The position numbers were made by a program, and so were the translations under genes. From positions 31,374,001-31,438,000 of the forward strand of contig CM052817.1 of the NCBI GenBank assembly GCA_028534125.1: DNA of 64,000 nucleotides, written 5' to 3'. The DNA comes from Lama glama. Its lineage: Eukaryota. Under the pieces are notes generated by a model. The model had not been told where the DNA came from, searched no databases, and was given only the letters and a program-made list of their open reading frames with translations. This document shows, piece by piece, positions 26,010 to 39,080 of the stretch. Position 1 is the stretch's first letter; each line of letters starts with the position of its first letter.

Positions 26010-26629
26010 GATTTATCTCCTTTGCTGTGATCATAACTGTGATCTCCTTGGTGCTGATTTTGATTGTGGCTCCCAAGAAAGGACAGACCAATATATTGGT
26101 CTATATTTCAATCTGTTCATTGATTGGAGCATTTTCAGTGTCTTCTGTCAAGGGCCTGGGGATTGCCATTAAGGAACTCTTGGCATGGAAGCCAGTTTAC
26201 AAGCATCCCCTGGTCTTTGTTTTGCTGGCTGTACTTGTGCTTTCAGTGACGACACAGATTAACTATCTCAACAAGGCACTAGACACCTTCAATACATCTC
26301 TTGTGACTCCCATTTATTATGTGTTCTTCACGTCCATGGTAGTGACTTGCTCTGCCATCTTATTCCAAGAATGGTATGGCATGAAAGCTGGAGATATCAT
26401 TGGGACCCTGAGTGGGTTCTTCACCATTATCAATGGCATCTTCCTTCTACATGCTTTTAAAAACACTGACATTACCTGGAGTGACCTGACATCCACTACC
26501 CAGAAGGAAGTCTTCTCTCTGAATGGCAACGAAGACAAATATGTCTTACTAGAGAATGTGGAATGTTCAACCCCAGGATTCGAGGATGACATTATCTTGT
26601 TTAACAGGACTGAGGATCAAAGATCCTAG
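26010..26629 (+). CDS. NIPAL1: NIPAL1 exon 6, terminal coding part; NIPA-like Mg2+ transporter (NIPA3/SLC57A3), spliced CDS 1242 nt = 413 aa
   Basis: aacAG acceptor at 26008-9; multi-transmembrane ORF with [30 protein letters not shown] at 26627-9. Confidence 0.97.
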
Positions 26630-29600
26630 AAAGCCTGAACTTTAGCCACTGTGAGCCACTCGGAGAGGAGAAGGAAAACCTGATTCTTGGAAGAACTATT
26701 AGCAAAGCTGGCATTTTTAAAGTTCTAAGTAATAATTTAGATATGAGGCCAAACATAAATGCCTTCATTTTTGGACATCAAATTTGAAAATCAAAGAAGA
26801 CTTCTGCTGTTTTTCATTTCTGCAAACTTGAAATACTTCCTAAGCATAAAACAAGTCAAAGCGTTAGATGACTCTCACAATAATCTCTTTCTTCTGGGCA
26901 CAGTATGTTTGGCTCTGCCAGGGGGCTCTTCATTTCTTTGGCTGCTATTCTTAATTTCTCAGTAATTAGTAGATAAACTCAACTGTGTGCTGATAGGCAG
27001 ACTATCAATCATCATTCTCCAATGAGTCGTAGTTTCAAATGATTAAAACTGAGAAGTGAGATCATTGAAGCTTCCTCCTCCTTCTACAACTTCTTTCTAA
27101 ACAAGATAGCTAAAGGGTAGAGCATTAAAGAAAAAAACAGGCATGTTGGAAATGCTCCTTGGTGGGCTAGAATGTGCAAGACACATGTACCCATGAAGGG
27201 CTTATGAACTGCAATTTATTGACATATTATAGAAGTTTATTATCAATTAAAAAGGAGAGAATGGAGGAGGGAGAGAAACATTTCAAATCTTAGGTAAATG
27301 AAACAGAATTTTCCTTTTCACAAAAACAAAAATGAATGTAAACAATTGTATTCACAGGTTCTTTTAACTCAGACCTGAACAATATAGGACAAAATTGAGT
27401 TCTGGAGAAGTCCAAGTGATGTCACCTTTGAAGTTCCTTATATTAATTTTGTTCTTTACTTTTCCTGTTATCCCAAGGGTCATTTTTTCTTGTTGATGTA
27501 AAGACTTTCATAAAGTAATTGCTACATTATTTTAGGATTATACTGTACACTTCAGTTTTTCTCAAAGGTTTAATCCCCAAAGGGTGGGTTTTTCCACGGA
27601 CTGGAAACAAGAAAAATCTTTATGAAAGACTTAAATAAGTTATAATTGTCGTCTTGAAATTTGGTACTTTCACCTTTATTAAGGAAATTATAATTAGTTA
27701 CTAACCTTTTTAAAAATATACATATCCTCCCACAATAAGTGGTAAATTGTATTTTTCTGTTGAATTTCATCCTGACCATGTTTTCCATACATTTTGTTGA
27801 TAAGTGTTTTGGGAGGCTAGGAAGGGGAGTTAAGATCTTGGAAAACAAAATATTAAGACCGCAGGGACTATTACACGAAAATACATTTTCATATTAAAGC
27901 CTCCGTAAAATTTCCCTGTCTCCAAGTACGTAGCAGCAATAACATCTGTGGTGGTCTTTAACATTTACAGACAGATACTCATCACTCATTGACTTAATGG
28001 AGAAGAAATCAATTCCTATTTCTAGACTAAGCTTATTTCTCTCAAAACAAAAATCCCAACCCAAAAATTGTGACATTAAAAAACAGAAAAACAAAAACCC
28101 TTCAGGCTGACTGGATTTCTCTCTACTAACATCAGATGTTATTTAGTTTTGTCTGTGTGTTTGTAATTTAGCGTGTCGATCCTGGGTAATAATGTAAATT
28201 CTGTTCTTTGGAATTCTATTCGGTGACTTTAGCATTTCCCTCCAGTTCTGCTGAATCATGACTGATGACCACAGTGACAACCTGAGCTGATCGCAGTCCT
28301 ACAGTGCTGGTACGGTCTCTGTGGCACCGTTTAGTGTTGAGTGCAGTTCAGTGCATTCCAAACGTTTGAAAATTGAGAATCCATGGAAGATTCATGGGTT
28401 GATAACTCAGGTCAGACACATGTTTACTCTGTTGATTGCTGTTTCACCTTGATTGCATAGCAGCTATGTAAGCTATGAACACAAGTCTGTAGAAGTATTT
28501 TCTGAAAAGGTAGTATTTGAAAGTTGGAGAAATTCTTTTTTTTATTGCAACAGTTGACTTCTCAGGACACCTTCTTGGTGAGGAAATTAATGGCATCCAA
28601 CCTGCGGCTGGGATGGTTCTCCACAGTACTGAATTTTCATGTCAAATGTTGCTTTGCCCTCAATGTATTGTGCCCAGGTTGAAGGTTCTTGGAACAGAAG
28701 AACTCACGTGTACCCTGGGTTGGGAAATGAACTGGTGTTGACATGTATGCCCAGGGGAAAGTCTGAGAAAGGTTTAATGAGTTGAAATATGTTGAGAAAC
28801 AATGAAACACTTGAAAAGCTCTAAAAATCCCTGATGGGCAAATACGTTGAAAAGCCAAAAATGTTACAAAGCCAAAATCCAGAGTAATTTTTCCCAAATA
28901 GGAAGATGTTGTCCAAGGAAGAATAAAATGCTGGATCTCTGTATTCAAACTGTGTTAGTCTTAACTGGTAGCCTCAGATGTTTATATATTTTAATATATA
29001 TACTTCGTCACATAGGTATCTTAAGATTTATTATGTGAATATCTGTACATGTGTCATTAAGGATTACAAAGCTGTCCTTCCACAGCCAAATTGAAAGCTT
29101 TTCCTAATTCTGTAAATACAATAGTTTCATTTTATTTTTCAATTTATTCTTAGGTCAATGATTAGTGATTTTATTTTTAGTTCAGATTGCAGAATGTTCA
29201 TAAAACCCTTTAGATTTGGCAGTATGGAATTAACATTTTTGTTTTAAGAGTGATCAATCAAGTACATTTACATGGAAAGCACCCGTATCATGCCTGATAC
29301 TGAGGCACTTAATAAAAGTTAGCTTTCTTTGAATCACTGTTTTAATTCTCATAGTCTTATTACTAGATAGGTTAGGCCCATTAGTTGCCAGTTTTCATAC
29401 ATCCTTTTCTCAATTCGTGTCACCTTAGCTCATTTTTAATAACCCAAATGAAAATGAATTCCATTAGTATACTATCTCAACAACAACCCAAAATGATTCC
29501 GACAAAAATAATCTATTTTTCTAAGTAAAACTGAACTAGATGCAATCATCACATCCCAACAAAACTTTGTGGAGAAGTAATTTATGTGGATATATATGAA

Positions 29601-29820
29601 ATGTTTTCAAATATTTTGAAATAACTATGACAGTGAAACTTTCCATTTTTCAATCTATAAATACTGTTCATTTTAGAAAGTTTACAAATTTTAAATTAAT
29701 GTTTCTGTATGTTTTTCCTTTGCAATAAAATAATGTGGTTTAATTATGTTTGTTGGAGTTCAAGTTTTAGTTTATTGAAGTTAAATTTATGTAATGAAAT
29801 AAACATCCCTGTTTAGAGAC
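26630..29820 (+). other. NIPAL1: NIPAL1 long AU-rich 3' UTR with candidate poly(A) signals
   Basis: Largely repeat-poor AT-rich sequence after the stop; AATAAA at 29311, 29724 and 29798, with a GT/T-rich tract after 29724; exact end is inferred. Confidence 0.6.
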
Positions 29821-30122
29821 TAAAAGCAAGTTTTGAGGTTTAAGAAAAAAATACGCACTTCACCTAATTTGGCTTCATCATTTTCCTTGACATTAAAATC
29901 TGTGTTTTAGAAAAAGGCTCTCCACAAAACCATCTCTGTATAACTGATCTGGCACCTGAACAAAAGGTAGAGAAGGTCTTATCTTCTGATAATTTTATTG
30001 AGCAGTCAGTGTAATGAAATCTCCCCTCAGTTTAGAATTAAAAAAAAAAATAAAGAGATGGAGAAGCAAAAGCATTATAAAAATACTTGGTAGCATTGCA
30101 TTATTTTAAGTTGACTTTTACA

Positions 30123-30199
30123 GGGGTGAGGGCAGGGCTCAGTAGTAGAGCGCACACTTAGTGTGCACGAGGTCCTCGGTTCAATCCCCAGTAAATAAA
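30123..30199 (+). mobile_element. Short tRNA-derived SINE
   Basis: A box GCTCAGTAGTAG, B box GGTTCAATCCC; TTTACA on both sides (30117-22 and 30200-05). Confidence 0.75.
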
Positions 30200-33100
30200 T
30201 TTACAAACTCTCAGCAAATTGAAATAGCAGAGAGAGAGGAAGAAAGCAGAACAATATTTGGTAGCATCGCATTATATTAAAATTTGGATTTACAAACCCT
30301 CAGTGAGTTTCCTTCTAACCATGAAACTAACACTGTGCTTCAGTATTAACTGCATCACCGTGACTTTGGCAGTTTCCCCCTTTTTGTTCTGAACTCATGT
30401 TTGTATGGAATTGTCTAGGGTACAAAAGGCCTCTTTCTTACTTGTGTCCCACACCCTTTTCTTTCCTGCCATCTTATAAATGAAGAAACAGAAAATGTAC
30501 GCAGTCCGCTAAGTCACATAGTTACTCAGGGCCAGCCAGAATGAGGACCAGAATCCAAGCCCCACAACGCCCCAAGCTACCCACTCCACCAAGTGCGGGC
30601 ACGTCTAAGGAGGCCATGGTGGAACTCATCTCAGCAGCCAGAACCAAGTGCAGTCCTCCCCAGCAAGCTGTGTTCGCACACACCAAGCGTTTCAGCGCCC
30701 TGGCTGCAGTAGACAGGAAGTCTCTAAGAGGTAGGCTTAGGTTAGAGGCTTACATTTTATCTATAACAATAAACAACTTATTTTTCCAACGGAAAGCTTT
30801 GGTTGCAAAAAAACAAACAAAAAAAAGCTTTTTGAGAGAGCTGAGCTTGTCCCCCTTCAGTTACAAATCACAACCTTCCTTCTTGAGAGAAAACTGAATC
30901 TCCATAAACATCATTAGTATGGGAGAAAAGCTTTGAGTTAGAAGGTATTTCAGTTTTCATACGTAGAGCTTCCCCTATGGCTGAGGATGGAGCACACAGG
31001 AATCTTTGCAAGCCAAGTTCTGTCAGCCTCACAAGCTTGTCCGGCCTTCGGGAGACAAGGCCGCACACCAGTTTTCTGCACAGACACTCGCAAGACCACA
31101 CAGTCCTCCCTTCCACCCAGCCACGTGTAGTCCCCAGCCACTACTTGACTGGAGGGAAGCAGACGGACAGGGTTGGTAGTGGAGGTAAGAGCCATGCTCT
31201 GAGTAGCATGTTCCCAGAATCCACTCCCACCCTCTGCCTTCTGTGATCCCACCAGTGACTCCTGACTGCCAGCATGCAACTCAGCCTGGCCCAAAGGCTT
31301 GTGGGCTGCTTTGTGAATGCCTTCTATAGGCACCACAGAAACCAAACACAGGGCCCTGATTGTTTAGTATCTGTGGATAAAGTCTCTAATCTTCCCTGGG
31401 ATGGATCCTGGGTAAAAGTATATGGCCCCTTCTTGAGTTAACTGTGCCTAACAAACACTTAAAAAATAAACTCAAGGACATCCCATAGCCCAAGCCCAAT
31501 AAAACAGATCGTCTCAGAGACCACAAATGGACAACTAGCCCTGCAGCTCAGAAGGTCACCTTCTCTCTCAATTATCTTTTGCCTTTGATTTCACTATGAA
31601 CATTTCATCATATTACCAGAAGAGTTTAAATAAAAATGTATTTGAGTAAAAGAGATCACTATTTTTCTCATACCACAAGTGGGAAGGCTCGGGTGTTAAT
31701 CCACAAGCCTTGCAGGAAACAGGCAGAAAATAAACTCTTATGGGTAGAAGTGGGTTTTATTTACCCTTGTTACCTTATTTGAATTTAATTCCTCCTGAGT
31801 AACCTTGCATGCACAGAAAAAAAAAGCGGGGGAAGGCTTTGAGAGTCTGGGATCGCAGGATCGCAGGGTGCAAACTTAAGTGAGTCAGGGATTCAGTTTT
31901 TTCAGCAAGGACTGAGACAGACAGACACTCACTAAAAGGGAGGCTGTGGGACTGAGTTCACCTGGGCAAAAAGGAGGACCAATATCGGTGGCATCACGAT
32001 GTGGTTTCACTGTGAGAACCAAACTGGTTTAGAATCAGGCAGACTGAAGGAATTCAAGGCAATTCAGGTTATACACAGCAGTTCACTTCTTACTGGGCGG
32101 TGCCTGCTGATGGGAGACTAGCCCGCAGCCAGGGGGAAAAATAAAAAGTGTGGAGGAACTGGTCAAACAAGATCAAGCATTATATTATTGTTCTGCTGCC
32201 CAGTGTGGAGTAGCTGGGGCTGGATGGAGCCGGTCTGCACAGCAGGAGCACAAGTTCTACTTTCACAACATAGGGATAATTTACGGTTCAACCGAATGAA
32301 GGTTAAACGCCTCCGCCAAACACATTTGTGTGTCCAGTGTCTCTGAAAGGTGGTGACTTCAGAACGGGCAATGAGGCATGAAGGTTGAGGTCTAAAACAC
32401 GCAGCTGAACAGAAACACGTCCAATCTGGTTCCCAAGCTGATCAGAAAAAGAGGCTTACTTTCAAAGTCACTAGTAAACTCATCTGACTTACATTTTCCC
32501 CCAGTCAACCAGCAGACTCCACGTAACAGAATTATTTATAGAATTATTTCTAAATCTAATGGCTCTCTCCTGAGGTTTCATGGAATTCTGCATGCCGTGT
32601 GGTACCCCCAACGGGACAGAGAGAGTAGAATTCTCTGCCAATTTCTTGGCACCTTTACTATCTTCCCCAGAGACCTGGTAGTACAGCCATCAAGTGAGGA
32701 GAAGCTGCAAACTCCCTGCCTTTGGATTTCTGGCTCTTTGTAAAAAGGCACTGCCTTCCCTCCACTCTCCTTAGCTTCGATTCCCTAGCCACGCTGGTGG
32801 CTGACTCAGGGAACTGGCAGGCAGGCTGGCTTGGTAAGGGACCGCCTGCTGAACAGCTGTTACTCGTCAGATACTGATGAGACATGTTTCTCCCTTTGTT
32901 CCACTTTTTAATGAGAAGCCTTGGCCCAGAATAAATATATCTCTGCACACAGAGTGTTTTATCTAGTGCAATGATTTTTAGCCCTGACTTTACACTACTT
33001 TTGTTAGAACAAGCACGGAGCTGGATATGAGCAGAGAAAGGAGGGCAGAGGTCAAATGGCAGGAGCTGGGCAGAAAGGAGGGGCACAGGCCAAATGCAGG

Positions 33101-33242
33101 AAACTATACATCATGTAATCACCAGGGGTCCCAGGGCAGAGAAAGAAAAGCAGGAACCTCTGGGCTAAGTGGTCACAACTTTTGGGGTGACAAGAGGCCT
33201 AGAGACCAACAAAGAAAGGTGGGAAAAGGCAGGAATCTCCAC

Positions 33243-33645
33243 TGTCCAAATGTAACCTTTTGATCGTTATGCCCTCATTTCAATAAAATTAGCCTTGCAG
33301 ATTAGAAGTAGCCATAATGCACTGATGCCATGACACTTCCCATCCAGACAAAATAAGGACAAAAATCCCTCCTCCCTTGGAGAAGGTGGAGTTGGGATGA
33401 AAATCAAGGAATACAACCCCAAACCCTTCCCTCCCCAGTGAATGTTCCGCCCATTCATTTTCACACCCTATGTAACCAACTTGCCAAAGAAACTCGGGGC
33501 CGCCGCTCACCTGAGCCTGCCCACTCTCCCCTTGAGAGTGTACTATCCATCCCTTAATACATCCCCACTTTACTTTCTTCTTGCCTTGTCTCTGAATTCT
33601 TTCCGGGATGGGATAAGAACATGGACACTGGTTACATCTACAGGC
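33243..33645 (+). mobile_element. ERV1-like LTR
   Basis: GAGAGTGTACT...TTGTCTCTGAATTCTTTC...AAGAAC resembles an LTR R/U5 region; boundaries approximate. Confidence 0.5.
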
Positions 33646-34102
33646 AACTCTTTCACCTGAGAAGGCTTTTTTAAAGGACTGTGCCTGATCCCCACCCCGG
33701 ACCAATTAAAGAGAACATCTGAGCGGGGTGGGGTTGAGCAACAATACTTGTTAGAAGCTTCCCCAGGTGATGTTAATATGCTGTCAGGGTTGAGAACAAC
33801 AGATCTAATACCTCCCTCCCCCGTAAAAGTCACATCCCAACTGCAAAGTTGTTCATGTTTTTTTTTAAGTGCTGAAATATACGCACATTCTGAGGTTGTG
33901 GCTGTTTTCAATTTCTCAGATTTCAACAATCTTTGAACATAATCTGGTGACAGCAGAGTCAGCAGAGATGTATCCTTTAGGGACGGGCTCTGCTTCAGGC
34001 AATTGAACATCTGACTAATACTGGCTGAAAGATACAGGGATTCGTTTGTCTCAGAACAAGGGGTCCGGAAGTGGACCATTCAGAGATGGTGCATTGGCTC
34101 AG

Positions 34103-34120
34103 CAGCGCCAGAGGGCACCC
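34103..34120 (+). promoter_or_regulatory. Candidate CTCF core motif
   Basis: CAGCGCCAGAGGGCACC. Confidence 0.45.
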
Positions 34121-34147
34121 AGGCTTTTTTATCTTTCTGCTCTATAG

Positions 34148-34722
34148 ATAAGGCTGCCAGATTAACGACAACAACAAAAAGCCCAGTTGAATGTGAATTT
34201 CAGACAAATAACAAATTCTGTATAAATCTGTCCATGTAATCTTTGGAACATACTTACTGTAACAGCCTGACTTCATTTTTTGATGTTTGACTGATGACAG
34301 TTTTCAAGCCCCATCACCGCCCTTTCCCTTCTGCCCACACTTGAGTCAACTGTTAAAAAAGGCTGCTGCCTCCTAGGGTACCAGCTGAAGTTCAAACCAC
34401 GCAAGCCCAGCCCCCACCACCACAAAACCCCAAGGTAGTGGCCCCTCCCTGCTCTCTCAAGTTATTTTTGGATCTGCTAGGGAGCCTGCTCCCTGATGTC
34501 CCCCAAAACTCTCATTATGTGAGTCATAAACTTTTCATATTCTCTTGGTACCTGTATTATGACATCAACAGACTCAACATCTGAACCAAATTTGGGATCG
34601 GGGGCTCATCCTTTTCTAGGGGTGACCATGACAGGAGACGAGGCTACAACAGACATACTAAAAAAATTTGTTTTATCTGAGATTCAAATTTAACCAGGCA
34701 TCCTTTTTTTTAACTGGCAACC
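34148..34722. mobile_element. MER53-like hAT MITE split by a solo LTR (34258-34655)
   Basis: Termini AGGCTGCCAGA / CTGGCAACCC and internal GAATTTCAGA...TCTGAGATTCAAATTTAAC flank a TG...CA LTR. Confidence 0.7.
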
Positions 34723-35129
34723 CCATTCCTGGGCCTTCATCTTCGTGCCTTTTCCTCAGAGTCACGGATGGGCACTATACCTCCTCCAGTCCTCAAAGCC
34801 ATGTTCCAAAAAGGAAGAGGCAAAAAGTTTTCCTTCTGGTGAGACTCGGGTTTTCTCTTCGGGAAGGGACATTTTCTTCAGGTGCCTCTCGCTGCATCTC
34901 ATTATGTGGAATTTTCTCACGTGGGTACGCTAGCCACAAGAGAGCCAAGAAACTGAATATTTTAACCTTTCACAACAGGAAGAATAAAGGTTATAGCTGA
35001 CTTTTGGAAGATAAACCCCCAACACCTGCAAGGAAGTACGTAACGGGTATAAGAGAGTTGAAATACCTTCACTTACTCATGAGCCAATCTCCCTCTCTCT
35101 GAGTCCTGTTGCTCTGCGGGGGTGCGAGT

Positions 35130-35630
35130 GCAAACGTCCCTGGGAAGAAGGATATGGTCCAAAGACCTGCACCTTTGGCATCAGCTGGGAGCTTGTTAGA
35201 AAGAATCTGAGGCCCCACCTCAGACCCACTGAATCAGAACCTGCTCTTTTAACAAAGTCCCCAGGCGATTGCATGGACATTAAAGGCCTCGAAGAACACT
35301 GGTTGTCACATTTGACTGCCACTGGAATAAACCAAGGAGCTTTAAAAAAAAAAAATACTGCCCTCATGATTCTGATTTAATTGGTCTAGGGTGCAGACTG
35401 GGCACTGGGATTTTGAAAAGCTCCCCGGATGATTCTAATAAGCCGTGACATTTGTAAACCACTGGCCTAGAACAGTGGCTGTCAACCCTGTGTGAGAATC
35501 ACTTGGGGTGTTTTGTTATAAGACCAGCAAGGCCTGGGTCCCCCTCAAAGCAGCTAAATCAGACCCGGGAAAGGGGTGAAGAACTGGGACCTGGGCAATA
35601 GTGTTTCTGAAAAGCTCTCAGATCACTGTA
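35130..35630. mobile_element. Cluster of MER5-type (hAT-Charlie) fossils; similar copies at ~33660-33800 and ~52775-52960
   Basis: GGAGCTTGTTAGAAA...CCCCACCTCAGACCCACTGAATCAGAA...TTAACAA and AAAGCTCCCC(A/G)G...GATTCTAA signatures. Confidence 0.7.
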
Positions 35631-36085
35631 ACATGTGGGGACCAGCCAGGAAGAGGAAGTGAAAGGCACACATCCCCTGGCGCAGTGGTTTGTGGGAAGA
35701 GCAAGAGTGGTGGTAGAGGGGTTGCGTGAAGCAGGGAGGCAGGAGGGCCAGGTGGAGGGCACTGCCAAGGATGGGGGTGTTGTTGTGATTCGTCTTTCAG
35801 ACTCCTGCAGGGCGCTACCTCACAGACGCCCCTGCCCAAGTCTGGGAAGCAGTGGTGGGGAGATGAACTCTGCCAATACAGCAGGACCCAGGGGTGGGGG
35901 TGGTCCCCCTGAGGAGTTACAGTTTCAACTTTCTGAGGTAGGCTCAGTCCCCATGTGGTATGGACAAGACCCAGGAGTTCCTGCACGGGCTCAGACGGGA
36001 CTCAGGAAGCAGCTGGACTGAGAGCCAGAAGCGCTGTCATGGTGCCCATTATTCAAGGGCCAAGGTGACCTGCAACCTTTGCTGC

Positions 36086-36557
36086 TATAACCAAGCAGGA
36101 CCCTGTGGAGCCTTCGGGGACAGACCCCTCCCCCAGATCCTCTGCTGCAGCTCCTCTCTGACCTACCCAGATAATAGTATCTCATGTACGTTTCCTGAAT
36201 TTTTCAGATGCTAAAAGCCACCACCAAAGGGAATAAACTACTTGATGGTCATGGGCACGTGGCCCCAGACCTTCTGGTGCCTAAGGGTTGATGGTGTTGA
36301 CCGCCCTGTTACCTCAACATCAACCAATCAGAGAATCGTGCACCAGCTGATCAGATACCTGTGACCCCCCACCCCCTTACCTGGCCTTTAAATATGCTTT
36401 GCTGAAACCCTTCAAAGAATTCAGGGTTTTCTTGAGCATGAGTCACCCTCTCCTCCTTGCTTGGCCCTGCGATAAACTTTTCTCTGCTCCAAACTCAGAT
36501 GTTTTCATTTGTTTGTCCTCACGGTGCCTGGGGCACACAGATTTGCCTTCAGCAACA
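36086..36557 (+). mobile_element. ERV1-like solo LTR retaining CCAAT and TATA-like boxes
   Basis: Near-TSD CTGC/CTAC; ACCAATCAG ~36324; TTTAAATA ~36387; ends AACA. Confidence 0.7.
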
Positions 36558-37634
36558 CTACCACATGGGCGGCCCCGGTCGAGGGGCAAATGGAAACCAT
36601 GGCAGAGCTAAGTGGGGAGGGGACCTACAGTGCCAGCAAGAGCTGGGGTGAGGTGGAGTCAGCCAGGAAGGGCTTCTGGGTCCTGACCGAGTCAGGAGAG
36701 GCCAGCCCACACCAGCCACCCACTTGGTCTGCAGATGCCAGCAGGGCAAGCGGCAAACAGGCTGATAAGAAATGTTGAGATTAGAGGTGCCAGGAGACAC
36801 TGCTCTAACCCATCAGCCCTCCCATTCACGTCACCACCCTGAGGTCACCTTGCCAGAACTGATAGTCACGGTCCACGTCGGAAGGGCTGGACTGATTATG
36901 GGCGGTCAGCATCCACTCTGATTGGTCTGTGCCTGGGCCAAATCAGTTGTTAAATATTTTGAATATCACCCCTGGATAAAGCCACTCTTCTCTCTTCTCT
37001 GCCGAGATGCTACTTTGGCAGAAACAGAGTGAGAGAAAGGCAAACCCACTTCACCCATGGAGGATATTTTCATTTTTGCATGAGTCTAAAGTTACAAGAT
37101 TAAACTAAATTGAGTGGAAAACTCAGCACATCTCAGCAAGGAGGGGCACCCGAGGAAAATAGGATTGTTATGGACAAAATTAAGTAGCTGTGGGTTGCTT
37201 GGCAGTAGCGTGAGGTAATTTCCATCCTTGCTGTAGACATAAGGATAATCTACTTCCTCTATTAAATATTGATGTGTCTAAATGGATTTATATTTCTTTG
37301 TAGATTTATCCAGGTATCTTTTTTTTCTGCTAATTTGATGTCAGTCCCTCACATAATGTGTTTTCCTCTATCTGTATAAATTAGGAAAGGGAGATATAAA
37401 AATTTATGTGTAGGTCAAATTGTCCTGGATAAAGTAAGGTCTCTGCCAAAAAGAAAGACAGATGGCCACCTGAGGTTATACACTACAACCAGGAGGAGAA
37501 ACAGTCCCCCACTGTGTGGAAAAGCAATGGATCAGCCCAGAATCCCAAGAGGAGAGCTACTTACCAGACCGGAACCCACCCCACCATCTCTGGAAAATGA
37601 AGCCTCTAGATAGTTCTACTACTTTTATTTCACC

Positions 37635-37990
37635 GAGTTATTCCATGAATATTTATTTTGCTTAACTCTTGTGTCAGGCCCTGTTCAAGGGCCTGTGAAC
37701 AGCAGTGAACAAAACAGACAAAACAGGGAATGTCCCTGGTGGGAAGCGGGTTTATCATTTTGAAAAGGGTAATTTGAGAAAGTCTCACAGGGAGGGTGAC
37801 AATTGAGCAACAACCTGGAGGAGATGAAGAAGCAAGCCATGTATGGATATCCAGGAAAAGGGCTCCTGGTAAAGGGAACCACAGGTGCAAAGGCCCTGAG
37901 GTGAGGTGCCTAGGATATGCGAGGGGAGCATGGGCAAATGGCAGAGAAGCAGGCGATGAGGTCAGCGAGTGTATGGGCACAAGTGACAGA
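37635..37990 (-). mobile_element. L2 fragment; others at ~9230-10220, 15030-15550, 55960-56250 and 62590-64000
   Basis: CAGCAGTGAACAAAACAGAC...GGAACCACAGGTGCAAAGGCCCTGAGG L2 signature. Confidence 0.7.
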
Positions 37991-38612
37991 GAGAAAGAGA
38001 ACATGATGCTTCAACCTGAGCTGATTCTTCACCTGCACTTTCAACTTTCCCAGGCAGTTTAACATAAAGGAAATCACGAAACCCACCAATTGTGGCGTGA
38101 AAGGAAGTCACCTGCAAAGGACTTCCAGCTTTCTCTTAATAGCCTCATATATTGCTAAGGCTGTCTAATTGGAGAAAGCTTATCTCAGATCACTTCAAAA
38201 TATTAAAGTGCTGGAGATAACTGCCCAACTGGCACTTAATACTAATGAAATCTCCCAATTTACCAAGCATATTTGAGCTAATCTGTATTAAAAATATGGA
38301 TCATAGCTGAACAGCTCCAATTCGTTACTCATGAAGATGGTGGACTGTGCATTAACTGCCCAGAAAGCAAGAGAGTAACTGGGAAGAGAAGAATGGTGGA
38401 CACTCGTTGATTGTCATTCCAGCATGCACACTCACTCCTCCCCAGCCCTCCCCAGAGCTCTCAATTCATATTTCCAAGTGGTTGCAGGTAAATGGATTCC
38501 ATCCCTGGCTCTTATGGGAACATGTGAGTATGAGAGTAACAGGGCTCTGGTAGAAATGCTGAGATGAAGATGCTTCTGCCCTTTGGATGGTATGGTGTGT
38601 CAAAGTGAAGCC

Positions 38613-38825
38613 TGTAAGAAATTAACCAAGAGAAATCTCAATTAAATAGAGTCAAGAGACCAGAAGGGGGAGCTCTCATGCCCTGTGATGATATCAGAGT
38701 CTAACAGGAAAAAGAAAGACTCCTCTTCTTTCCTAGCAAGGACTCAGCCAACAAAAGCCACAGGCTGTTTCTTTACTGTGGCCCTTGCAACTTCTTTTTC
38801 CTCTCTATAAACGTGTTCTCCTCCT
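38613..38825 (+). mobile_element. ERV1 LTR 5' fragment
   Basis: TGTAAG start; GGGAGCTCTCATGCCC; GACTCAGCCAA; TATAAA. Confidence 0.5.
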
Positions 38826-38924
38826 ATTTATTTCAGGTCAACAGGTATGTGGTTACAGCAGCCACTTTTCATCTGGAAAAGGTACAGTCCGCACCCCCGG
38901 ACTTCACAGTCATAAGGTCCAGTA

Positions 38925-39080
38925 ATACCCCATCCCACCTCAGTGCTACTGATGTTGTGGGCTGGATGGTTCTCTGTTGTGGGGGGACGTGCTGAGCACT
39001 GTAGGACGTTTCGCAGCATCCTGGTCTCTGCCCACTAGAAGCCAGTAGCATCTCCTACCAGTAGTGACGGTCACAAATGC
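38925..39080. mobile_element. MER20-like DNA transposon; second copy at 40153-40380
   Basis: GTGCTGAGCACTGTAGGACGTTTCGCAGCATCCTGG; the second copy begins CAGTGGTTCTCAACC. Confidence 0.75.

Noticed and set aside
30541..30897. 118-aa ORF with nearby AATAAA and A-rich run (possible retrogene)
   Set aside because: No recognisable protein, no TSD found, and the A-run lies inside the ORF.
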